A program made the position numbers and the translations under genes. From the NCBI GenBank assembly GCA_963781885.1, contig CAWAHW010000004.1, positions 320,001-384,000 of the forward strand: a stretch of 64,000 nt of DNA, given 5' to 3'. The stretch comes from an uncultured Spirochaetota bacterium. Lineage in GTDB: Bacteria > Spirochaetota > Spirochaetia > SZUA-6 > Fen-1364. Shown in pieces: positions 1 through 8,636 of the stretch; within the stretch, counting starts at the first letter, position 1; every line of letters starts with the position of its first letter. The notes under the pieces are model-generated. The model made no database searches. It saw nothing but the letters and a program-made list of their open reading frames with translations, and was not told the DNA's origin.

Positions 1-264
1 GGGCCGGCGCGCGTAGATGGCGCGGTGGAACGGGTACTCCGACGACGGAGGATGCGTGCCCTCCACAACGTCGTCCCCCCGCATGCGCACGATGTCCGGT
101 TCGGCAAGGGCGCCCTTGTCGGTGCCGCCCGGCGTGATCCAGATGTCGCCGGTCTCGTCGAGGATCGAGAGGTTCCCCCCCGACGTCGTGGTCATGCCAT
201 AGCCGTAGACGCGATGCATGATCGTGACCAGCTGCTCCCGCGGATGCATATAGGCGTACTTCAT
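1..264 (-). CDS. Class II aldolase/adducin family protein (fuculose-1-phosphate aldolase-like), runs off the window start
   Basis: Manual translation, not in the ORF track: MKYAYMHPREQLVTIMHRVYGYGMTTTSGGNLSILDETGDIWITPGG...PSSEYPFHRAIY. The GN.S, ITP and PSSE...H..IY motifs are typical of class II aldolases. ATGA overlap with the upstream gene's stop. Confidence 0.85.
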   Translation of the reverse strand, partial: MKYAYMHPREQLVTIMHRVYGYGMTTTSGGNLSILDETGDIWITPGGTDKGALAEPDIVRMRGDDVVEGTHPPSSEYPFHRAIYARRP

Positions 265-780
265 TGCCGCTCCTTCGCGCGCTTGTCCAGGTTCTTCCTG
301 ATTTCTCCGATGAAGCCGATCGTCACGGGGATGGCGGCCGCGAGCGCCATGGAAACGAGGAACGAGGCCGCGTCCATACGGCCGGATGATGTCGATGGAT
401 ACAGCCACTCCGCGTAGCCAGCCGCAAGCGCGGCGGCAAGACCGCCGGTCGTCGTGATGAGGATGTCCGTGAAGCGCGGATCGCCGAAGCCGGTCAAATC
501 AAGAATCTCTTTCGCCGTTCCGCCTGCTGCCGCCGCGGCAATGGCCGTGAGCGGCAGGGCCCATGGATGCGTCGCGCCGACCGGGGGGTCGGCCGCAAGG
601 TCAACGACGCCGGCTGCTGCCAGGCCAAGCATCAAGCCGCCGAGGAAATGCAGGGACTTGCCCGGCGGAAAGGGGTCCAGGGCCCGCGCATCGGCGAGGA
701 TGGGTCCCGCGGCGGTCTGCGCGAAGACAAGGGCGGGCAGCAGCAGGAGTCCTGAACAGAGTCGGCAGGCGTCTGATCAT
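261..780 (-). CDS. Small membrane protein, YfiM/DUF2279-like; apparent frameshift near 757
   Basis: K.LHF..G and KEI.D...G...DI motifs with hydrophobic helices. The N-terminal signal-like MIRRLPTL (ATG 780) is in a different frame from the body. Confidence 0.55.
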
Positions 781-1035
781 GGCCGGAAACAATCGTACAG
801 GATTGGCGCGGAGTTTGTCATGCCCCGGATTCTCCGAAAGGAGGCGGGCTGCGCTTCCTGTCAAGCCTGCCATGCCGCGCGGCGGCATTTTTCGCGGAAA
901 CACACCGCCGCAACGCAAGGGTAGCCGCCGGGCGGGAAGAAAACCACGAAAGTCACCGGATATGCGAACGATGAATCCGGCTTCGCGCATTCGTTTTCAT
1001 TTGCCGCCCCCCGGGTGCCCCTGTAACTTTTGCGC

Positions 1036-2202
1036 ATGACAGACGTCGAAGCCGGCGGCGTTTCCGCCGATCCCTTTCCTGCAGCGCAGGTCGTCCCGAC
1101 CGTCGAGGTGGAAACGCTCCGACAGTGGCTGGAGTTCGGCACGCCGGTCACCATCGTCGACGTGCGACCCGCGGCGCAGCGCGCGGAATGGCACATTCCC
1201 GGCAGCCTCCATATCGACGCCTCCGACGCCTTGCGCGCGCGCATCCCCGGCGCGCTGGACGCCGTGAGCACGACCGCGGCCGCGCCCGTCGTCGCGGTGT
1301 GCGCCGCGGGCCGCACGAGCCTGCTGGCCGCGGAGGCGCTGCGGGCGCGCGGCATCGATGCGCGTTCGCTCGCGGGCGGCATGCGCGCCTGGAGTCTTGC
1401 GTGGAACAGCGCGGAGCTGTCCCTGCCCGGCCGCGGCGTGACGGTGATCCAGGTGCGGCGCACGGGAAAAGGCTGCCTGTCCTACATGGTCGCAGCAGGC
1501 GGGGAGGCGGCGGTGATCGACGCGTCGGTGGATCCCGCGGTATATCGGGACATCGCGGCGCGCCGGGGCTGGCGCATCGCGGCGCTGGTGGAAACACACG
1601 TGCATGCGGACCACCTTTCGCGGTCGCGCGCGATCGCCGATGCGCTGGGCGCGACGATCCACCTGCCCGCGCAGAAGCGCGTCTCCTACCCGTACGTGCC
1701 GGTTCAGGACGGCGATTCCATCGCGCTGGGCGGCAATCCACGGCTTCTCTCCGCGTTGCGCACGCCCGGGCACACCGCGGAGAGCACCTGCTACCTGCTG
1801 GGGGATTCGGTGCTTTTCTCGGGCGACACGCTTTTCCTGAAGGGGGTCGGTAGGCCCGACCTGGAGGGAGGCGCGACGGAAGCGGCATCGCGCGGCCGAC
1901 AGCTCCACGGATCCCTGCAGCGTCTGTTGCGCACGCCGGGCGATCCGATGGTGCTTCCGTCCCATACGCCGGATCCCATCCCTTTCGATGGGGTGCTGAT
2001 CGGCGCGCATCTCGACGTGCTGCGACGCGGGAACCGCATGCTCCGTCTCGATGAAAAGGAATTTGTCGAGGCGATCGCGGCCGGAACACCCCAGACTCCG
2101 GCGAACTATGCGGCCATCATCGCGCACAACCAGACGGGTCTCTTCCCCGACGTCGATCCGACCATCCTCGAGGCAGGCTCCAATCGGTGTGCCGTGGGGT
2201 GA
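1036..2202 (+). CDS. Rhodanese + MBL-fold metallo-hydrolase (persulfide dioxygenase-like)
   Basis: N-terminal rhodanese (DVR...HIPGS, CAAGRTS), then THVHADH, TPGHT, FSGDTLF, and C-terminal NRCAVG. Confidence 0.9.
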   Translation: MTDVEAGGVSADPFPAAQVVPTVEVETLRQWLEFGTPVTIVDVRPAAQRAEWHIPGSLHIDASDALRARIPGALDAVSTTAAAPVVAVCAAGRTSLLAAEALRARGIDARSLAGGMRAWSLAWNSAELSLPGRGVTVIQVRRTGKGCLSYMVAAGGEAAVIDASVDPAVYRDIAARRGWRIAALVETHVHADHLSRSRAIADALGATIHLPAQKRVSYPYVPVQDGDSIALGGNPRLLSALRTPGHTAESTCYLLGDSVLFSGDTLFLKGVGRPDLEGGATEAASRGRQLHGSLQRLLRTPGDPMVLPSHTPDPIPFDGVLIGAHLDVLRRGNRMLRLDEKEFVEAIAAGTPQTPANYAAIIAHNQTGLFPDVDPTILEAGSNRCAVG

Positions 2203-2238
2203 GACCGCCGCGCCTGGAGCGAAAAGCGCGGGGGCGCG

Positions 2239-2541
2239 TTACTGCGGCGCGCTTCTGGCAAGGAGATCGAGCAGCGAATGCAGCCTCTCATTTTCCGGTG
2301 TCTTGGTCGCGGAGAATGTGACCGTCCTGCTTTTTGCCCCGTCGGTGACCGTCAGCTCGAAGGCAGGAAGCCCGGCGCCGACCTCCCTGTTGCCGCTGGG
2401 CGGCATGGCGAAGAAGCGCATGCCATCGATCAGACTCATCGCGGCGGCGCGTTGCTCGTCGTCCAGCCTGTCCGTGTCAGCGTGAGCAACCAGCTCTCGC
2501 AACCCGGCAAATCCGCCCGTTCGATACGCTGAGATCAGCAT
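2239..2541 (-). CDS. Protealysin inhibitor emfourin-family protein
   Basis: 100 aa; N-terminal RTGGFAG motif and C-terminal FELTV.DG..RTV, typical of emfourin (M4in). Confidence 0.75.
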   Translation of the reverse strand: MLISAYRTGGFAGLRELVAHADTDRLDDEQRAAAMSLIDGMRFFAMPPSGNREVGAGLPAFELTVTDGAKSRTVTFSATKTPENERLHSLLDLLARSAPQ

Positions 2542-2984
2542 TCCCGTCACCTCCCGGGGGGACCGCGCGCGCGCCCGGTCCCGGCCAAAGTCCGGCCTCA
2601 ATCAGTGCCGGGATTTCCCTTTGGATGAGAACGACGTGAAGAACGAGTCGCGCTCCTTCACCCGTGCATGCCCCGGACCCGTAGACTCGGGGGCCAGATC
2701 AAATGGCGCCGTTCGCCAGGAGGCGGATGAGGGGATCGGCGGTTGCTTTCGGGGCCGTCTGCGCGATGCCCGGGACGGCGCGAAAGGCCCCGACGATTTC
2801 GGTCGGGATGCATATGATGACCGTCGATGCGCAGGGATCCTTGGATGTGGAGGCACGCGGCATGGGGACCTCACTTTCACATTGTTCAAAAAGACATTTT
2901 AAAAGAAACGGAAAAAAACGCCTGCCTCCTTTCTCCCGATGGATAAGCGCGCCCGCCCGATGGTCCGGGAGACGCGCGCCGTTG

Positions 2985-3251
2985 TCAACCGTCGATCTGC
3001 TCGAGGACGCCGGCCGCGATCCCCTTCTCTATCAGGGCCGCCCACGTGATACGCACCGGACCCCCGCGGGTCCCGACACGGGCGCGCACATCGAGGATCC
3101 CCGCCTTGTGGACGCTTTCCGTGATCTGCTGGACGGCATCGTCGGCGTAATCCTCAGGGATTGCAAGCACCTCGATGATGGCGTGCTCCATCGAAGTTGC
3201 AAGCGCCAGAGCGCCCGCGTCGTCCGTGGTGAAAAAAAGGGAACGAGTCAC
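2985..3251 (-). CDS. Hypothetical protein (~88 aa)
   Basis: Open frame from GTG 3251 with protein-like composition; no family recognised. Confidence 0.5.
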   Translation of the reverse strand: MTRSLFFTTDDAGALALATSMEHAIIEVLAIPEDYADDAVQQITESVHKAGILDVRARVGTRGGPVRITWAALIEKGIAAGVLEQIDG

Positions 3252-3297
3252 TGCGATAGCTGCCTTTCGTGCATGTACGGGTGTGTCTGCCGGCGGG

Positions 3298-3468
3298 TCA
3301 ACCGGGCTTGTAGGCGTCGACCGCCGCCTTGCCGCAGAAACCGAGACCGATCGCAATCTCGCCGAATGTCCGCTTGTCACCGGCCTTCTGCGCGGCCATG
3401 ACTGCTTCCACCTGCGGCGGCTGCAAGGCCCCGGTTCTCACCAGGTAATCGCCTATTCGTTCTGCCAT
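3298..3468 (-). CDS. Stand-alone MshEN-like (c-di-GMP-binding) mini-protein, 56 aa
   Basis: RIGDYLVRTGALQPPQVEAVMAAQ fits the 24-aa MshEN motif; a second copy FGEIAIGLGF follows a short linker. Confidence 0.75.
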   Translation of the reverse strand: MAERIGDYLVRTGALQPPQVEAVMAAQKAGDKRTFGEIAIGLGFCGKAAVDAYKPG

Positions 3469-3640
3469 CAGAATATCCCCGGGAGGAGTATAGACCGGCA
3501 GAGGCGGGAGACGCAAGGCCGCTGGCCCCGCCATGGGGTACAAATGCCACCGAGTACGGTGGCCGGCGTGGCCGCGACGTAACCTTTTTTACGGTCCGTT
3601 GTTTACAATATGAATCTTCATAGAACCTCCTTTGAAAAGG

Positions 3641-3682
3641 GCCACTCCTCCGGGATACCGGGGGGGTGGCTCGTTCTTTTTC
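3641..3682. terminator. GC-rich hairpin with T-tracts on both strands (possible bidirectional terminator)
   Basis: GCCACTCCTCCGG-GATA-CCGGGGGGGTGGC, followed by TCGTTCTTTTT on + and CCTTTTC on -. Confidence 0.5.
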
Positions 3683-3731
3683 CCTGACTGTTGTAGAATG
3701 ACGCGTCCTTTCCCCCTATCTGGAGGTCACG

Positions 3732-4286
3732 ATGAACGAGCAGATCAGGCAGATCGCGGACCGTATCCGCGGCCTGCGGGATATCGCCCAGCTGTCGGTG
3801 GAGACCTGTTCCCAGGACCTCGGCATCCCCGTCGAGACGTATCGGCGGTATGAGAGCGGCGAGGCGGACATTCCGGCGAGCTTCCTCTACCAGGTGGCGG
3901 GCAAATTCCACGTGGAAATGTCGTCGCTCCTCACGGGCGAGGAGCCGCGCCTGCACGTGTACGCGGTGACGCGCGCCGGCGGCGGCGTGAAGGTCGCGCG
4001 GCGGCGCGACTACGGCTACCAGAGCCTCGCGTTCAACTTCATCGACAAGAAGATGCAGCCCTTCCTCATCACCGTCGAGCCGCGTCCGGAAGCCGAGCCC
4101 GTGCCCTTGAATGCCCACCCCGGCCAGGAGTTCAACTATATCCTGGAAGGCTCGGTCATGGCCGTGGTGGACAATCACGAAATCCTCCTCTCCCCGGGGG
4201 ATTCGATCTATTTTGACTCGCGCCACGGCCATGGGATGAAGGCAATCGGCGGCGCGCCCGCCCGATTCGTGGCCGTGATCCTGTAG
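3732..4286 (+). CDS. XRE-family HTH + cupin transcriptional regulator
   Basis: N-terminal HTH_3 (YESGEADIP), C-terminal cupin (HPGQEFNYILEG...GDSIYFDS); GGAGG RBS. Confidence 0.92.
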   Translation: MNEQIRQIADRIRGLRDIAQLSVETCSQDLGIPVETYRRYESGEADIPASFLYQVAGKFHVEMSSLLTGEEPRLHVYAVTRAGGGVKVARRRDYGYQSLAFNFIDKKMQPFLITVEPRPEAEPVPLNAHPGQEFNYILEGSVMAVVDNHEILLSPGDSIYFDSRHGHGMKAIGGAPARFVAVIL

Positions 4287-4302
4287 GAAGAAAGGCACAG
4301 CA

Positions 4303-5945
4303 ATGCTCGAGAAGTACCTCGCGAAATCGGAATTCTCCTCCTATGCCGAGTTCTCCCGCGATTTCAAGGTCAACGTCCCCGACCGGTTCAACTTCGCCTG
4401 GGACGTGGTGGACGACATCGCCGCACGGGAGCCCCGCCGGAGCGCGCTGGTCTGGTGCGACGAGAAGGGCGCGGAGGCGAGCTTCACCTTCGGCGAGATG
4501 GCGGAGCTCTCCAACAGGGCCGCCACGTTCCTGCTCTCCCTGGGCATCGGCCGGGGGACCCGGTCATGCTCATCCTGAAGCGCCGCTACGAGTACTGGTT
4601 CTGCCTCCTGGCGCTGCACAAGATCGGGGCAGTCGCCATTCCCGCCACGCATCTCCTGACGAAGAAGGACATCGTTTACCGCAACAACGCGGCCGGTGTG
4701 AAGGCGATCATCTGCGTCGGGGAGCAGAAGGTGCTGGATAATGTCGATGCGGCTGCCCCGGAATCCCCCGCATTGAAGGTTCGCGTCTGCCTCGGCGTGC
4801 AGAGGCCCGGCTGGCACGAGCTTGCAAAGGAAATGGAGCGGGCCGATCCCCGGCTTGGACGCATGCCCACGGAGAACGCCGACACGAGCCTTCTCTATTT
4901 TACATCGGGCACGACCGGCATGCCGAAGATGGTGCAGCACGATTTCACCTATCCGCTGGGCCACATCCTCACGGCGAAGTACTGGCAGAACGTGCAGGAC
5001 GGCGGACTCCACCTCACGGTGGCCGACACGGGATGGGCCAAGGCGGCCTGGGGCAAGATTTACGGCCAGTGGCTCTGCGGCTCGGCGGTCTTCGTCTATG
5101 ACTACGAAAGGTTCGTGCCGGGGGCGATGCTCGACGTCGTTTCGCGGCACAAGGTGACGACGTTCTGCGCGCCGCCCACGATCTACCGTTTCTTCATCAA
5201 GGAAGACCTTTCGAAATACGATTTTTCGGCTCTCTCCTGGTGCACGGTCGCGGGCGAGCCGCTCAACCCCGAGGTCTACGAGCGCTTTCTGGACATCACG
5301 GGCCTGAAGCTGCGGGAAGGCTACGGCCAGACCGAGATGACCGTGGCGGTGGCCGTCTCCCCATGGGTGGAGCCGAAGCCCGGCTCCATGGGGCTGCCCT
5401 CACCCGGCTATGACATCGACCTCGTCGACGACAATGGCAAGGTCTGCGAGGTCGGGGAGAAGGGCCAGATCGTCGTGCGAACGGACGCGCGCATGCCCGT
5501 GGGCATGTTCCACGGCTACTATCGCGATCCCGAGCTCACGGCGCGCTCATGGCACGACGGCATGTACCGCACCGGTGACGTCGCGTGGCGCGACGAGGAC
5601 GGCTACTACTGGTTCGTCGGGCGCACGGACGACGTGATCAAGAGCTCGGGCTACAGGATCGGCCCTTTCGAGGTGGAGAGCGCCCTCATCGAGCATCCCG
5701 CTGTCCTGGAATGCGCCGTCACCGGCGTCCCCGATCCCGACCGCGGCGCCGTGGTGAAGGCCACCGTCGTGCTGGCCAAGGGCTACACGGCGAGCGCCGA
5801 GCTTTCCACGGAGCTCCAGGAGCACGTGAAAAAAATCACGGCGCCCTACAAGTATCCCCGCATCATCGAGTTCGTCACGGAGCTTCCCAAGACGATCAGC
5901 GGCAAGATACGCAGGGTGGAGATCCGGGAGAGGGACGGCGAATAG
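4303..5945 (+). CDS. Acetyl-/acyl-CoA synthetase (AMP-forming); frameshift in G-run near 4555
   Basis: [48 protein letters not shown]; the N-terminal ORF 4303..4578 joins ORF ..5945. Confidence 0.9.
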
Positions 5946-5965
5946 CCCCTCCCTGGTGGCCGGGC

Positions 5966-7846
5966 TCAGCGCATCGCGCGCGTGGCATTCAGGATCGCCA
6001 CCAGCGCCACGCCCATGTCGGCAATCACCGCTTCCCACATCGTCGCCACGCCGAAGGCTCCCAGCCCGAGAAATATCCCCTTCACGCCGAGGGCGAAAAC
6101 GATGTTCTGGATGATGATGGCCCGCGTGGCGCGCGCGCGGGTGATGGCCTCCAGCACCTTGGCGGGGTTGTCAGACATGAGAACGACGTCGGCCGTTTCC
6201 ACCGCGGCGTCGGACGCGGATTTTCCCAGCGCAATGCCGACGTCCGCGCGCGCGAGCACCGGCGCGTCGTTGATGCCGTCGCCGACGAAGGCGGTCCGTC
6301 CCGGTCGTGCCCGCATGATCCCTTCCAGCCGCGTGACCTTCTCTCCCGGCAGCAGGTCGCCGTACAGCTCGTCGATGCCCAGCTCGTCGGCGGTTCTCCG
6401 CGCCACGGCGCCATCGTCCCCCGTGAGAAGGGCCGTGTGCGTCACCCCGAGCGCGCGCAGGCCGCGTATCGCCTCCTTTGCGCCGGGGCGCAGCTCGTCA
6501 CCGATCACGAGATAGCCGGCATAACGCCCGTCCACCGCGCAGTGGACGGCGGTCCCCTCCACGGTGCACGTGTCATGAACGACGCTGTTGGCATGCATGA
6601 GCCTGTCGTTGCCCGCGAGTATCGACCTTCCATCCACGGTCGCCATCACGCCTTCCCCGCCGAGCTCTCGATAAACGGCGGACAGGTTTCCGTCCACCGC
6701 TTTCCCATAGGCCAGACGAATGGAAGCGGCGATGGGATGGTTGGAGTGTGCTTCGGCCAGCGCGGCGTACCGCAGCAGGTCGGGCCCGGAAACACCGTTG
6801 CGCGGCTGCATGGACGTGACGCGGAAGCTTCCCTGGGTGAGGGTGCCGGTCTTGTCGAAAACCATTGTGCGCACGTTCGAGAGCGCATCGAGATAGGCCG
6901 CGCCCTTCACCAGGATGCCGTGGCGTGACGCGCCGCCCACGCCGCCGAAGTATCCAAGCGGGATGCTGATGACCAGCGCGCAGGGGCACGCGATCACGAG
7001 CATCGTGAGGGCACGATAGACCCAGGTGGACAGCATCGCGCCCGGGAGGAAGAGAGGCGGCAGGAATGCCACGAGGGCAGCGGCGACGACCACGGCCGGC
7101 GTATAGCGACGGGCGAACCGCGCAATGAAGCGCTCCGTGCGCGCCTTCTGACCCGCGGCGCCCTCCACCATCTTTGCGATCCGCGCGGCGCCGGAATTCG
7201 CGGCCGCGCGCGACACGTTCATCTCAATGGAGCCGTCGGTGCTGATGAAGCCGGCGAGCATCTCGCGGCCGGCAACGACCCGCCGCGGGACGCTCTCACC
7301 GGTCAGCGCGGAGGTGTCGACAAAGCCGGCGCCCGCGGTGACGACTCCATCCAGCGGGATGCGCTCGCCGGGACGCACCATGATCTGTTCGCCGACCCGC
7401 ACGTCCTCCGGTCTCACCTCGACGTGATGCCCGTCCCGCATGACGCGCGCGGAACTGGGCCGCAGAGAAAGCAGGGCGCCTATCGACCGCCTGCTGCGCT
7501 CCACGGAGAGATGCTGGAGGAGCTCACCTACCTTGTAGAACACCATGACCGCCACGGCCTCGGAGCGCTGGTGAATGATGAAGGCGCCCACCGTGGCGAT
7601 GGTCATCAGGAGGTTCTCGTTGAACACCCGGCCGCGCACGATGCCGCGAAAAGCCGCGGCAAGGACATTGCCGCCCACGACCAGGTACGCTGCGCCGAAG
7701 ACGACCCCGCTCATCCAGGGATAGCGCGACGCGGCAATCGCGGGGGCAAAGATGACGCCCACGCCAAGAAGCGCGCTGCCGAGAAGCAGAAGGAGGAGCT
7801 CCCGGGTGACGATGGATTTGGGGGCGGGGGTTCTGGCGCTGCTCAT
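5966..7846 (-). CDS. cadA: Heavy-metal (Cd/Zn/Co) P1B-type ATPase without N-terminal HMA domain
   Basis: TGES, CPCALVIS, DKTGTLT, HPIA and GDGINDAP motifs. Confidence 0.92.
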   Translation of the reverse strand: MSSARTPAPKSIVTRELLLLLLGSALLGVGVIFAPAIAASRYPWMSGVVFGAAYLVVGGNVLAAAFRGIVRGRVFNENLLMTIATVGAFIIHQRSEAVAVMVFYKVGELLQHLSVERSRRSIGALLSLRPSSARVMRDGHHVEVRPEDVRVGEQIMVRPGERIPLDGVVTAGAGFVDTSALTGESVPRRVVAGREMLAGFISTDGSIEMNVSRAAANSGAARIAKMVEGAAGQKARTERFIARFARRYTPAVVVAAALVAFLPPLFLPGAMLSTWVYRALTMLVIACPCALVISIPLGYFGGVGGASRHGILVKGAAYLDALSNVRTMVFDKTGTLTQGSFRVTSMQPRNGVSGPDLLRYAALAEAHSNHPIAASIRLAYGKAVDGNLSAVYRELGGEGVMATVDGRSILAGNDRLMHANSVVHDTCTVEGTAVHCAVDGRYAGYLVIGDELRPGAKEAIRGLRALGVTHTALLTGDDGAVARRTADELGIDELYGDLLPGEKVTRLEGIMRARPGRTAFVGDGINDAPVLARADVGIALGKSASDAAVETADVVLMSDNPAKVLEAITRARATRAIIIQNIVFALGVKGIFLGLGAFGVATMWEAVIADMGVALVAILNATRAMR

Positions 7847-8202
7847 GCCGTCCGCTCGCTTTCCGCGAGATGGACCCGCATGGATTCCAGCACCGCGCTC
7901 ACGTGGTCGTCGCTCAGTGAGTAATAGATGATCTTGCCGTCGCGCCGATGGGTGACCAGTCGGGCCGCCTTGAGCACGGCGAGCTGGTGGCTGATGGCAG
8001 ACACGCTCATGGCGAGCGTTTCACTCAAGTCACAGACGCAGAGCTCCCCCGCAAGAAGGGCGTGAAGGATCCGAAGCCTTGTCGATTCGCCCAGGGCCTT
8101 GAAGAAGCCTTCCATGACTGCAAGCTGGTCGGACTGGGGAAGGTGAGCACGCCCCGCTTCGACCGCTTGAGGGTGGATGACACGCGTCGTGCATCCCTGC
8201 AT
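7843..8202 (-). CDS. ArsR/SmtB-family metalloregulator (CadC/SmtB-like)
   Basis: ELCVCDL, SAISHQL, YSLSDDHV...H.E (alpha5 site); stop overlaps cadA start. Confidence 0.92.
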   Translation of the reverse strand: MQGCTTRVIHPQAVEAGRAHLPQSDQLAVMEGFFKALGESTRLRILHALLAGELCVCDLSETLAMSVSAISHQLAVLKAARLVTHRRDGKIIYYSLSDDHVSAVLESMRVHLAESERTA

Positions 8203-8220
8203 TGCGATACCCTCTCTCAA

Positions 8221-8236
8221 TTGAACAAGCGTTCAA
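8221..8236. promoter_or_regulatory. Putative ArsR/SmtB operator
   Basis: Inverted repeat TTGAAC-N4-GTTCAA just upstream of the repressor start, resembling SmtB/CadC boxes. Confidence 0.65.
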
Positions 8237-8351
8237 ATGAAAAATAGCACGCAATAGGCTAAGCAGTCAATGGGGCGTTGAATGCCGCGGGTGCCGTGGC
8301 CGGGCCGGTGCGCCTGCCGAGCGGGTATGCCGCAGGCGGATCAAGGCATGG

Positions 8352-8609
8352 TCAGCTGATGTCCCTCAACTTCTGATCGAGCTCTTCCTTGGAAATCTCG
8401 CCTCGCGCGTAGCGCTGCTTCAGGATCTCCGCCGCCGAATCGGGGCGATACCCCTCACGTGAGCGGTCGTTTCCGCGAATGCGGGAGGTGTGCCGCAGGG
8501 CGACCACGACAACCGCAACGATCGCGACGATGAAGGCGGCCCTGAAGAGGAAGCCGAAAATGCCGAGGAATGGAATCCAGTGACCGAAATGACCAAAAGG
8601 CCAGAACAT
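8352..8609 (-). CDS. SHOCT-domain membrane protein
   Basis: TM helix then AAEILKQRYARGEISKEE. Confidence 0.85.
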   Translation of the reverse strand: MFWPFGHFGHWIPFLGIFGFLFRAAFIVAIVAVVVVALRHTSRIRGNDRSREGYRPDSAAEILKQRYARGEISKEELDQKLRDIS

Positions 8610-8636
8610 GTTTGTCTCCTTCTCCGATGACCCATT

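Noticed and set aside
2581-2900. RNase P or other structured ncRNA (AAAGTCCGG match)
   Set aside because: Lacks the GAGGAAAGUCC context and the 3' conserved RNase P motif; no recognisable SRP, tmRNA or 6S features.
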